A stretch of 58,196 nucleotides of DNA, from assembly GCA_030038565.1 (NCBI GenBank), contig JASHSS010000159.1, positions 1 to 58,196 of the forward strand, written 5' to 3'. This document shows, piece after piece, positions 45,110-54,048 of this stretch (position 1 is the first letter of the stretch; each line of letters begins with the position of its first letter). The position numbers and the translations under genes are program-made. The DNA is from Bryobacteraceae bacterium (GTDB taxonomy: Bacteria; Acidobacteriota; Terriglobia; Bryobacterales; Bryobacteraceae). The notes under the pieces are model-generated. The model ran no database searches, was not told where the DNA came from, and saw nothing but the letters and a program-made list of their open reading frames with translations.

Positions 45110-45733
45110 CTAATTGCCCAAGGTAATGCCGTCGCTCGACAGCGTATTCAGGATGATGTTCATCGGGTCCAGCGACTGGTTTTGCGCCGAATAGGCTGCC
45201 GACGCCCCGAATAACTGGCTCAAGCTGGCGGTCGTGGTGGTGCTGGAAGTCGAATTGGTCGAACTGGTCGAACCGCTCGAACCTGTGGCGCTGCTGGAGC
45301 TACTCGAAGACGAACTGGCCGCATCATGATGGTGATGGTGGTGCCCGCTCATGGCTTCCGCCAGATCGGAAACGTTGGGAAGCTGGTTGCTGGTCGACGC
45401 GTTTGTGAAATCGGTCGAAAGCGTGCTGAGTTCCTGCGCCTGGGTGGTGTTCCCGTTTGCCTGGGCGGTCTGCGACGCCGTTTGCAGGTTGGCCGCAATC
45501 TGCTGGGTTACCTGCGAATACTGGGTCGGGTTGGTCTGCTCAAGCTGTTGCAGCGTGCTCATCAACTGAGCGAATGGGGAAAGCTGCGGCGAGCCATCCT
45601 GCGGAATCCCGGTGGACGAGCTGGTCCCGCCGGTGCCGGCCGTGTTCTGAAACGAGTTCAGCGCGGACATGGCTGCGTTGGTCAGCGACTGGATGTATGG
45701 GTTGGCAATGTTGGAAAGCGCATTGACGTTCAT
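45110..45733 (-). CDS. Ser/Thr/Gln/Asn-rich low-complexity protein with His6 and Ser9 runs
   Basis: 207 codons with an ATG start. ...LSPFAQLMSTLQQLEQTNPTQYSQVTQQIAANLQ...SGHHHHHHDAASSSSSSSSSATG.... No signal peptide. Confidence 0.6.
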   Translation of the reverse strand: MNVNALSNIANPYIQSLTNAAMSALNSFQNTAGTGGTSSSTGIPQDGSPQLSPFAQLMSTLQQLEQTNPTQYSQVTQQIAANLQTASQTAQANGNTTQAQELSTLSTDFTNASTSNQLPNVSDLAEAMSGHHHHHHDAASSSSSSSSSATGSSGSTSSTNSTSSTTTTASLSQLFGASAAYSAQNQSLDPMNIILNTLSSDGITLGN

Positions 45734-45873
45734 GCCGCTCTCGGAGGCAGTTTCGAGGCCATCCGGAAGCGACTCAAAACAAAGGAAGAGCAGCCGAATC
45801 GTGCGACAGTTTTCTGCCGCTGCGACAGAATCCTGGCGCGCGCGTGTTACGCTGTATTTCAGCCCTGAATCAG

Positions 45874-46797
45874 ATGCGAAACGTCATCATTATAGGATCC
45901 GGTTGCGCCGGCAATACCGCCGCGATTTATACCGCGCGCGCCAATCTCAAGCCGTTGGTGATTGGTGGTCACGAAGCCGGCGGCCAGCTTTCCCTTACCA
46001 CCCTGGTGGAGAACTTCCCAGGTTTCCCCGAGGGCATCAACGGACCCGACCTGGTCGAAAACATGAAGAAGCAGGCCGAGTATTTCGGCGCCGAGTACCT
46101 GCACGGCTCGGTCACCGATACCGACTTTTCGGCCCGTCCGTTCCGCCTGAACGTGGAAGGCGAGTGGATGGAAACCCGCACCGTGATCATTGCCTCGGGC
46201 GCTTCGGCGCGGTGGTTGGGGCTCGAATCCGAGCAGCGCCTGATCGGCCACGGGGTAAGCTCCTGCGCCACGTGCGACGGGTTTTTCTATCGTGGAAAAA
46301 AGATCATGGTGGTGGGCGGCGGCGATTCGGCCATGGAAGAGGCCAATTTCCTCACCCGCTTCGGCAGTGAAGTGACCCTGGTGCACCGCCGCGATGAGTT
46401 TCGCGCCTCCAAAATCATGCTCGACCGCGCACGCCGCAATCCCAAGATCCAATTCGTCACCAACGCCGCCGTCGAACACATCTTCGATGTCTCCCAGAAC
46501 GTGGTCACCGGCGTGCGCCTGCGCAACCTGAAAACCGGCGAGGTCTGGGAGCGCGACGTGGACGGGTTCTTCGTGGCCATCGGCCACATCCCTAACACCA
46601 AGATCTTCAAAGGCCAGATCGAAACCGACCCGGACGGCTACATCCTCTCCAAAGGCGGCGCGCGCACCAACATCCCCGGCGTTTTTTACGCCGGCGATGT
46701 GCAGGACCGCGTTTACAAGCAGGCCATCACCGCCTCCGGCGCCGGTTGCATGGCGGCCATCGAAGCCGAACGTTACCTGGAAGCGGAAGGACACTGA
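45874..46797 (+). CDS. trxB: thioredoxin-disulfide reductase
   Basis: MRNVIIIGSGCAGNTAAIY, redox-active CATCDG and GGGDSAMEEA. Confidence 0.9.
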   Translation: MRNVIIIGSGCAGNTAAIYTARANLKPLVIGGHEAGGQLSLTTLVENFPGFPEGINGPDLVENMKKQAEYFGAEYLHGSVTDTDFSARPFRLNVEGEWMETRTVIIASGASARWLGLESEQRLIGHGVSSCATCDGFFYRGKKIMVVGGGDSAMEEANFLTRFGSEVTLVHRRDEFRASKIMLDRARRNPKIQFVTNAAVEHIFDVSQNVVTGVRLRNLKTGEVWERDVDGFFVAIGHIPNTKIFKGQIETDPDGYILSKGGARTNIPGVFYAGDVQDRVYKQAITASGAGCMAAIEAERYLEAEGH

Positions 46798-46802
46798 CAC
46801 CC

Positions 46803-47189
46803 ATGATCGAGCGCATTTTTCCTCCGGGAGCGCCTCAGCCGCGCGGTCCCTATTCGCCGGCCGTGCGGGCAGGCGATACCATCTACGTGGCCGGGCAGGT
46901 TCCCATCGATCCGGTGAGCGGGCAGGTCGTGCTGGGCGATGTGCAAAGCGAAACCCGCCAGGTGCTCACCAATATCCAGAACATCCTGGCCGGCTGCGGC
47001 GCCACCATGGCCGACGTGGTACGCTGCGGCGTGTATCTCACCAACGCCGGCGATTTCCAGGCTATGAATGAGGTCTACGCCGAATTCTTCGGCGCCTCCA
47101 AGCCGGCCCGCACCACTATCATCGTGGCTGCGCTGCCGCTGAAGGAAGCCAAGATCGAGATCGACGCGGTGGCTTACAAGCCACGCTAA
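46803..47189 (+). CDS. ridA: RidA/YjgF family reactive-intermediate deaminase
   Basis: PQPRGPYSPAVRAGDTIYVAGQVPIDP...ARTTIIVAALPLKEAKIEIDAVA. Confidence 0.85.
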   Translation: MIERIFPPGAPQPRGPYSPAVRAGDTIYVAGQVPIDPVSGQVVLGDVQSETRQVLTNIQNILAGCGATMADVVRCGVYLTNAGDFQAMNEVYAEFFGASKPARTTIIVAALPLKEAKIEIDAVAYKPR

Positions 47190-47296
47190 TCGGACGCCAC
47201 GCCACGGCCCGATGCGTGCGCCGTCTCGCGGCGTCATGCGGAACCTGTTCCGTCTCAGGCTGCGATAGCCCGGATCTACGCCTTCGTGCCGGTGAA

Positions 47297-48832
47297 CTAA
47301 CTGCCCTCCAGCCTTTCCAGAAAGCGCTCGTCCACTTTGGCTTTGACCGTCCGCCGGTCCAGCCCCAGCTGCCGCGCGGCCGCCTCGTAACTGCCCGTCC
47401 GGCTATAGATCAGGGTCACGTAACCCGCCAGTAATTGGTCGGCGGTCAGGCGTCCTCCGAGGATTTCTCCGGTAAACTCCTCCAAAACCCCGGCGGCTAC
47501 CGTTCCCGAAGGCCGGTAATCGCGCCGGATCAGAACGTTCTTCACGCACTGCTCCAGTTCCCGGTAATTCCCCGGCCAGGCGTAGGCGGGCCCCAGGTTG
47601 GCTTCGATCCAGCGCATCACTTCAGCGGCCAGTTCGTCGCCCTCCGCGCCCGCTACGCGCCGGGCCATGTAGCCCACCAGCTCGCTGAGCACCCCGGGAG
47701 AATCCGCCAGTTGCTCCGCCAGGGAGGGCGTGGTCACCTGGTCCGAGCACAAGCGGTAATAGAGATCCTCACGGAACTGTCCTTTTCTCATCAGCTCCGC
47801 CAGGTTGCGGTTGGTGGCCGTAATCAGTTTGCCGCGAAACTCCAGCGGCGCGGTATCGCCCACCGGATGGAACGCCCGCGTCTCGATTACTCGCAACAGC
47901 TTCACCTGAATGGCCGGGTCCAGTTCGCCCAGCTCATCCACGAATACCGATCCCAATTCGGGGCAGGTCTCCAGCCATCCCTTGCGGTCGGCGATTGCCC
48001 CGGTAAACGATCCGCGGCGGTGCCCGAACAGTTCCGATTCCACGAGCGCCGGCGATAGCGCCGAAATATTGATGGGGAAAAACGACTTCGCGCCGTCGTT
48101 CGCGAACGCCAGCTTCTGTTCGTCGAAAGGCGCGTATCGCGATTCGGCGATGGACCGCGCAGCCAGTTCCTTGCCCGTCCCCGAAGGCCCCGTGATGAGC
48201 GTGGCGAACTCGCCCATGCGCGCGTACAGGGTGCGCCGGTAACGCCGCATATCGTGGGTGAAGATGGATTGCCAGATAGCCCCGCGCAGCCGCGCCGCGG
48301 CCAGCGAGCTGCCGATGATGTCGCGGAAGACCAGCTCGAAGGCCCGCTGAATCTGGCGGAAACAGGCGAAGGTGTGGCGTGGATCGTGGCCCGTTGGAAA
48401 GCTCACGCCCTCGATCCGGAACCAGTGCCGCCAGTCCGCCAGGAACTGATTGTAGAAGCGCCAGCGCGAGGGGTTGGGCGAATCCGCGCGGGGACCGAAT
48501 CCGGCCTCGAAGAAGTGGGCGTAATACCGCGTGAAGAGGAACAGCATTACGGCGTCTTCGTACAGCACCAGTTCGGCTTCCCCGGCCGCCGATTCCGCCA
48601 GGCGCCTGCGCAGATCCTCTGCCAGCGGCTCCACCACCTGCTGCACGCGGACCACATTGGTGCGCGTACCCTGCTGCCCGGCGCGGTAGCTCCACACCGG
48701 TTCGCCCTCCTGGAATGCCTCGCCCAGGACCGCGCGCTCCAATTCCACGCGCTCCGGCAGAAAGGGATTGGCATACCCGAGCCGGGAAATCGATTCGAGC
48801 AGCGCCCGCTCGCTGGGGGAAAGAAATGCCAT
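47297..48832 (-). CDS. sigma-54-dependent transcriptional activator (AAA+ bEBP) with a non-receiver N-terminal domain
   Basis: Walker A GPSGTGKELAAR, GSFTGA (a GAFTGA variant), Walker B VFVDELGEL, WPGNYRELE, and a C-terminal HTH SYEAAARQLGLDRRTV. The start is chosen at the internal ATG (MAFLSPSERALL). Confidence 0.85.
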   Translation of the reverse strand: MAFLSPSERALLESISRLGYANPFLPERVELERAVLGEAFQEGEPVWSYRAGQQGTRTNVVRVQQVVEPLAEDLRRRLAESAAGEAELVLYEDAVMLFLFTRYYAHFFEAGFGPRADSPNPSRWRFYNQFLADWRHWFRIEGVSFPTGHDPRHTFACFRQIQRAFELVFRDIIGSSLAAARLRGAIWQSIFTHDMRRYRRTLYARMGEFATLITGPSGTGKELAARSIAESRYAPFDEQKLAFANDGAKSFFPINISALSPALVESELFGHRRGSFTGAIADRKGWLETCPELGSVFVDELGELDPAIQVKLLRVIETRAFHPVGDTAPLEFRGKLITATNRNLAELMRKGQFREDLYYRLCSDQVTTPSLAEQLADSPGVLSELVGYMARRVAGAEGDELAAEVMRWIEANLGPAYAWPGNYRELEQCVKNVLIRRDYRPSGTVAAGVLEEFTGEILGGRLTADQLLAGYVTLIYSRTGSYEAAARQLGLDRRTVKAKVDERFLERLEGS

Positions 48833-48938
48833 GCAGAGAACATTTATTGTACAGGCGGGCGCTGTCCTCCCTAAACTCAACCCCACACCGGCGCGGGCGC
48901 GCCCCGCATCGGACCCGGCTGCCCGCTAAAATAGAACG

Positions 48939-51194
48939 GTGCGATTTTTCCCCCTCCTGGTTCTGGTGCTGCCATTGGCCCAGGCCCAGGACGCCGGCGA
49001 AGTTCGCGGCCTGGTGGTGGACGGACGCGGCGGCGAGGCTCTTTCCAACGTCAGCGTTCAACTGGTCGGGGGAGCTTATCGCACCACTTCCGATAGCGCC
49101 GGACGCTTCCGCATCCCCGGTGTGGCGGCCGGCGATTACGTGCTCAACGTCTCCACGGTGGGCTACCACCTGGTCAAGCGGCCCTTCCACCTGAATCCCG
49201 GCGAGACCAAGGATTTCGAGGTGGTGCTCAACTCCGATACGCTGCGCCAGACCACCACCGTGGACGTCCAGGCGGGCCCTTTCGAAACCGCACGCCAGGA
49301 CAGCCCGGACACCCTGGTGCTGGCCGGCAACGACGCCAAAAACCTTGGCAGCGTGTTGGCCGACGATCCTCTCCGCGCCGTCCAAAACCTCCCCGGCGTC
49401 AGTTCCAACAACGATTTCGATGCCCGCTTTTCGCTCCGCGGCGCCGATTTCAGCCGCATCGGCCTGTACCTGGACGACGTCCTCCTGCACGCGCCCTTCG
49501 ACATGCTTCAGGGGGAGAACGCACAGGCTTCGGCGACCGCCTTCAATGGCGACATGGTGGAGGAGATGGAACTTCACGAAGGCGCCTGGCCGGAGCGCTA
49601 TGAAGACCGAACCGCTGGAATTCTCGACGTCCATACCCGCGACGGCAACCGCGATAACTTCACCATACGCGCTTCGGCAAGCGCCTCCAACGCCGGGGTG
49701 ATGGCCGAAGGCCCCCTGGGCAAAAGCAAGCGCGGTTCCTGGATTTTCGGCGTGCGCAAGAGCTACCTGCAATATATCTTCGCGCGCACCTTCCCCAATA
49801 CCACCGTGATCTTCGGCTTCGAAGACGCCCAGGGGCGCTTAACTTATGATTTGACCCCACACAACACCGTCACTCTGTATGTGCTGGAAAGTTACTCCAC
49901 CCTGGGCCGCTCGAATCTCTCTACCCTGGGCGTCAATTCGTTGAGCGGCGCGGCGTATCACTATACCTTTGCTAACCTGGGCTGGCGCTATTCCCCGGGG
50001 GAGAAGTTCTTAGTCTCCACCCACGCCGCCTGGATGCGCGAGAAATACGACGACACCAATCCCACCAGTCATCCCCTCGCCAACGGTTTCTACGGCGAAT
50101 GGGTAGCCAACAGCAACGCCACGTGGTACTGGAATTCGCGCACCCTGCTCGATTTCGGCACCTCCTTGCGCCAGATTCGTGAATCGGGAGATACCATCCA
50201 GTACAACAACGTGGTCACGAATCTTCAGTTACTGGACCACTCCAACGGAGACGCGCTCCATGCCGGCGGTTACGCCCAACAGTCCTGGACCGGGTTGGAG
50301 GGGCACCTGCATCTTTCGGCCGGCGCCCGCTGGGACCACTTCTCGATCGGCCAGTCCGCTCCGATTTCCGCGCAAGCCTCGGCTGCCTTCGTTCTGGGGC
50401 CTTCGACGCGCTTTCAGCTTGGCTGGGGCCAATACGCCCAATACCAGGAACTGGCGCTGCTCACCTCGCCACTCGGCGGCCACGGCTTGCTGCCATCGCG
50501 TTCGAACCAGGCCATTGCGGCGGTCGAGCAGCGCCTGGGTTCGCGCACCCGATTGCGCCTGGAATACTACAACCGCGCCGATCGCGACCTGGCCTTTCAG
50601 CCGCTGGATTACCCGCGCCTGTTATGGCCCAGTCTGAAAGTCTTCGCTCCGCCGCTCAACCCGCCATATGTCAATTCCGAACGCGGTTACTCGCGGGGCG
50701 CCGAGGTGTTCCTCCAGCGCAGCAGCGCCAATCGCTTCACCGGGTGGATCTCTTACGCCTACGGCCACGCCGAAATGACGGACGGAATCACGCTCTCGCA
50801 TTTCCCATCCGATTACGACCAGCGCCACACCGTCAACATATACGGCGGCTACCGGATTAAGCCCACCGTGAATCTGAGCCTGCGTTCCAGTTATGGCAGC
50901 GGCTTCCCCATTCCCGGCTATCTGACTAAGGTGGGTTCTTTGTATTACCTCACCCTTGTGCGCAATCAGTTACGTATGCCCGCTTACTCCCGCACCGACT
51001 TGCGCGTCAACAAATCCTGGACCAAGGCCAGGTGGAAGCTCACGCTCTATGGCGAAGTCGTGAATCTGACCAATCGCACGAACTACGTCTTCGACAGCTT
51101 CAATGGCTATAACGCCACGACCCACCAGGCCTACCTGACTCTCGACACCATGTTCCCCATCCTGCCTTCGGCGGGGATCGTCTTCGAAAAGTAG
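48939..51194 (+). CDS. TonB-dependent receptor with CarboxypepD_reg-like N-terminal domain
   Basis: Signal peptide, then EVRGLVVDGRGGEALSNVSVQL...RIPGVAAGDYVLNVS, a plug (NDFDARFSLRGADFSRIGLYLDDV) and a beta-barrel. Confidence 0.85.
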   Translation: MRFFPLLVLVLPLAQAQDAGEVRGLVVDGRGGEALSNVSVQLVGGAYRTTSDSAGRFRIPGVAAGDYVLNVSTVGYHLVKRPFHLNPGETKDFEVVLNSDTLRQTTTVDVQAGPFETARQDSPDTLVLAGNDAKNLGSVLADDPLRAVQNLPGVSSNNDFDARFSLRGADFSRIGLYLDDVLLHAPFDMLQGENAQASATAFNGDMVEEMELHEGAWPERYEDRTAGILDVHTRDGNRDNFTIRASASASNAGVMAEGPLGKSKRGSWIFGVRKSYLQYIFARTFPNTTVIFGFEDAQGRLTYDLTPHNTVTLYVLESYSTLGRSNLSTLGVNSLSGAAYHYTFANLGWRYSPGEKFLVSTHAAWMREKYDDTNPTSHPLANGFYGEWVANSNATWYWNSRTLLDFGTSLRQIRESGDTIQYNNVVTNLQLLDHSNGDALHAGGYAQQSWTGLEGHLHLSAGARWDHFSIGQSAPISAQASAAFVLGPSTRFQLGWGQYAQYQELALLTSPLGGHGLLPSRSNQAIAAVEQRLGSRTRLRLEYYNRADRDLAFQPLDYPRLLWPSLKVFAPPLNPPYVNSERGYSRGAEVFLQRSSANRFTGWISYAYGHAEMTDGITLSHFPSDYDQRHTVNIYGGYRIKPTVNLSLRSSYGSGFPIPGYLTKVGSLYYLTLVRNQLRMPAYSRTDLRVNKSWTKARWKLTLYGEVVNLTNRTNYVFDSFNGYNATTHQAYLTLDTMFPILPSAGIVFEK

Positions 51195-51228
51195 GTTACT
51201 CGCAGGAGCACGGAAGCCCCTTCCAGGC

Positions 51229-51429
51229 CCGGTGCGGGCGCGGAGCCACGCGGCGCTTGGAGCGGGCGCCCGGACGGAGATGCACTGCCGCCCCGTGCGG
51301 GCCGGGGACGGGACGTCGCGGGGCTCGGGCGCCCAGGGTAGATCCACTTCCGACCCGTGCGCCACCCGAACCACGCGGCGCTTGGCGCGGGACCCGAGGC
51401 GTAGGTGCACCGCCGCCGATGCGAGCCGG
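51229..51429. repeat. degenerate ~62-63-bp tandem repeat, about 3 copies, GC-rich, intergenic
   Basis: Units start at 51229, 51292 and 51354 with CC(G/C)GTGCG. Units 1 and 3 share CCACGCGGCGCTTGG(A/C)GCGGG...G(A/G)TGCAC(T/C)GCCGC. Confidence 0.5.
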
Positions 51430-51447
51430 CCACTAAAGGGGCGGGGA

Positions 51448-52341
51448 TTACTCCACCAGCGTCCAGGAATTGTCCGGGTCGAATCGCGTGATCGGCACGG
51501 GCGGCTTACCGGGAACGGGCTGGATGTCCTTTTGATAAACCACGCCTTCCTGGTTCACGATGAAAGTGTGAATTCCGGTGACTCCATACTCCGCCGGCCA
51601 GGCCACCAGGCCGAATCCGCCAATCAGCTTGCCCTTGACCAGGTAATTGTGCTCGCCTCCCGGTGCATTCGGCCCCTGGCCATCGAGAACCCGGAAATAA
51701 TAACCGTGGTAGGGTTTGGCGTCGCCCTTGCGGCTGCCGTCCCACGCGGCTTCGGCGAAGCGTTCGGGAATGAGCGGCTCGCTGGATCCCTTCCAGTACA
51801 GGCCATCCTGGCTGCCGGGTGTGCTCTTCAGCCGCGGAGTGTACTCCAGTAAACCGTCCCGGTCGCGATCCTCGGACGCGTATTTCATCTGGGCGGCTAC
51901 ATACCCGTGGCAAATCTCGATGGCGTCGAGTTCATCGGCCCCGATGTGCCGCGCCCGCATTTCGACCGGAGTTTGAGAAGCGTCAAAACTCCATTTGCCG
52001 TTGACTTTGACGATCGGCACCGGAAAGGGCCAGTCCTCGTCGCCGATCGAGAGGACAGCCCGGTTGGGGTTCATGGGAGAGATTTCGAGGTGGTGCTTGT
52101 CGCGCGCGAGGCGCGCGAATTCGGATTGCTCGTTGCGATCCTGCTCGGGCTTACCGGAAGTCAGAATGCCTTTCGCCTGTGGACCGACGATGGCCTCGAG
52201 GCGTCCGGCATCGTGCCCGGCGGCCGCATCGATCAGGGCCTGCGCGGCCGCCTCGGCCGAATCGAAACGTTCCTGGGCCATGGCGGCCGTGGCGCAAACC
52301 ATCGCCGCTGCCGCATATATACTGCACAATCTACCTGTCAT
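51448..52341 (-). CDS. DUF2950 family secreted protein
   Basis: Signal peptide. ...KPYHGYYFRVLDGQGPNAPGGEHNYLVKGKLIGGFGLVAWPAEYGVTGIHTFIVNQEGVVYQKD matches my recollection of DUF2950. Confidence 0.8.
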   Translation of the reverse strand: MTGRLCSIYAAAAMVCATAAMAQERFDSAEAAAQALIDAAAGHDAGRLEAIVGPQAKGILTSGKPEQDRNEQSEFARLARDKHHLEISPMNPNRAVLSIGDEDWPFPVPIVKVNGKWSFDASQTPVEMRARHIGADELDAIEICHGYVAAQMKYASEDRDRDGLLEYTPRLKSTPGSQDGLYWKGSSEPLIPERFAEAAWDGSRKGDAKPYHGYYFRVLDGQGPNAPGGEHNYLVKGKLIGGFGLVAWPAEYGVTGIHTFIVNQEGVVYQKDIQPVPGKPPVPITRFDPDNSWTLVE

Positions 52342-52344
52342 GGA

Positions 52345-53553
52345 CTATCGCCTCCCGCCGCCAAATCCGCCCGGGTGTCCGCCGCCGAAACCACCCATGC
52401 GCGCGCCCCCGCCGAATCCCCCAAAGCTGCGCTGCGCGCCCATGCTGCCAAAGCCGCGGTCGCTTTGCATGCGCGCCATCCCGCCATTGTGATACCCGCC
52501 GAAAACGCTGTGATTGTTTGTAAAGCCGCGCTGCTCGAATCCCGGACTTCCGAAGCGCTGCTGGGCCGGCATCGCCGCGCGGTTGAACGTCTCGCCGCGC
52601 CCGCCGAATCCGCCTTCACGGCCGACGGCGCCTCCGCGCGCGAACCGCTCGGCCACACCGGCATTGGCATACGGCACTCCCAGCCGATGGTAGGGATTGT
52701 GCATCCACACGGAATTGCCCAACATCCCTCCGCCGTAACCGTGGAAACCGAACCGATGGAAAAAGGAGCCATCGTTGTAAATAGTCCCGCCCCACCAGTT
52801 CGGGGACCATCCCCAACCGCCCCAGCCCCAGCCGCCCCAGCCTCCGAAATAGAGACCCAGGTCGATGCCCGGAAACCATCCGAAGCCAACATCGATACCG
52901 GGGTACAACAGCGCCGGATAGGCCCCCCAAACCGTTGGTCCCCAAACGTAGGCTGGGTTGTAATTGGGGACGTACCATTCATCCGGGTTAGCCGGCTCGA
53001 TGGTGATCGCGGGCTGCCCGTTCTCCTCCCGGGTGGTGACGGTCTCCTGCGGGGTGGAGTGCAAAATGCCCTTGGCCTCGGCCTGCGACCGCATACGCTG
53101 CACGGCCTGCATCACATCCGCCTGCTGGGCCAGGAAGGCATTACCAAGCTGGGTGGTCCAATTAATATTCGCGCTCAAGCGGCCGAGCACGTCAGGAAAC
53201 GCCACCAGGCCCTGGATGCTGGGGTCCCAGTTCTGCTCCTTGGCTTTATCCATGAGCTTGGAAGGTTTCCAATGGGAGTGGTCGTGCAGCCATTGTTCCG
53301 CTTCCGCGATCTCCATAGGGTAAGTCGAAGCTGCCAAAACCTCGGCCACCAGAGGGTCGGGATACAGGGCGATCGGCGCTACCAGGTCGTCCAACTGCTG
53401 AGGCGGGAGCGGCGCCGCCGGAGGGGGTGCGGCCTGAGAATATCCCGCGGCGGCCGCGCAGACGAACAATAGAACCGTGAAAAACGCCCCGCGGCAACGG
53501 TTTTCCGGATATAAGGACAACCATCGCACGGGGGCCGAAACTGGATTCACCAC
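52345..53553 (-). CDS. DUF3300 family protein with Gly-rich C-terminal tail
   Basis: LDDLVAPIALYPDPLVAEVLAASTYPMEIAEAEQWL. The GTG start is preceded by GAGGAG. The tail reads FGGFGGGARMGGFGGGHPGGFGGGRR. Confidence 0.8.
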   Translation of the reverse strand: MVNPVSAPVRWLSLYPENRCRGAFFTVLLFVCAAAAGYSQAAPPPAAPLPPQQLDDLVAPIALYPDPLVAEVLAASTYPMEIAEAEQWLHDHSHWKPSKLMDKAKEQNWDPSIQGLVAFPDVLGRLSANINWTTQLGNAFLAQQADVMQAVQRMRSQAEAKGILHSTPQETVTTREENGQPAITIEPANPDEWYVPNYNPAYVWGPTVWGAYPALLYPGIDVGFGWFPGIDLGLYFGGWGGWGWGGWGWSPNWWGGTIYNDGSFFHRFGFHGYGGGMLGNSVWMHNPYHRLGVPYANAGVAERFARGGAVGREGGFGGRGETFNRAAMPAQQRFGSPGFEQRGFTNNHSVFGGYHNGGMARMQSDRGFGSMGAQRSFGGFGGGARMGGFGGGHPGGFGGGRR

Positions 53554-54048
53554 GATATACTCCTCAATAAAGGCGATGCCTGGGCAAGCCTATCCCCACG
53601 GCCCGGCGGGAAACGGGAATTGCCTACGCTCCGCAGGCAGCCCTTTGGGTACTACGCTCCAACATAGTGCATTTTTAAAGCCCATCCCATCGGTTGAGGA
53701 GAGTATTCCGCGGCTTATCTGCGAAGTAGATGCGAACTCGAAGTGCGGCATCGCACGGAATCCGGCCAGGCATCGAGTCAACTTATCGGCGGACGAGTCG
53801 GCTGGTCGACACTACCGGGCACGGAACAACTTCCGGACAACTTGGGCAGTCCTTCGGGCCGACCGCGGGACCTCTGCCACAGCCTGGTGGGTCAGCTCGG
53901 GACGCGCCCCCTGGAATTACCGGTCAGGGAGAAACGCTGGCAACGCCAAAACAACGCCAACGCCCCGCTTGCAGGTTCCATTTCATTGCGGGTATGATTC
54001 AAGGGTCTGTGTTCTACCGGCCTTTGGGATAATCGGGGCCTAATACCC

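Noticed and set aside
48833-48938. A sigma-54 (-24 GG / -12 GC) promoter upstream of the TonB receptor next to the bEBP.
   Set aside because: Manual scan found no GG-N10-GC element with TGGCAC/TTGC-like context on either strand of the intergenic region. The 53554..54048 gap likewise only gave a GG-N12-GC near-match.
47934-49772. A 612-aa minus-strand ORF spanning the sigma-54 activator 5' end and the TonB-receptor 5' end.
   Set aside because: It is antisense or off-frame to two motif-supported genes, with Gly/Ala/Arg/Pro-rich low-information sequence. The same reasoning applies to many other long shadow ORFs: 37417..38589(-), 43345..44649(-), 27980..29200(-), 29201..30352(-), 33587..35152(+), 51907..53472(+), 23802..25106(+), 12317..13429(+), 18159..19214(-) and 54040..55044(-).
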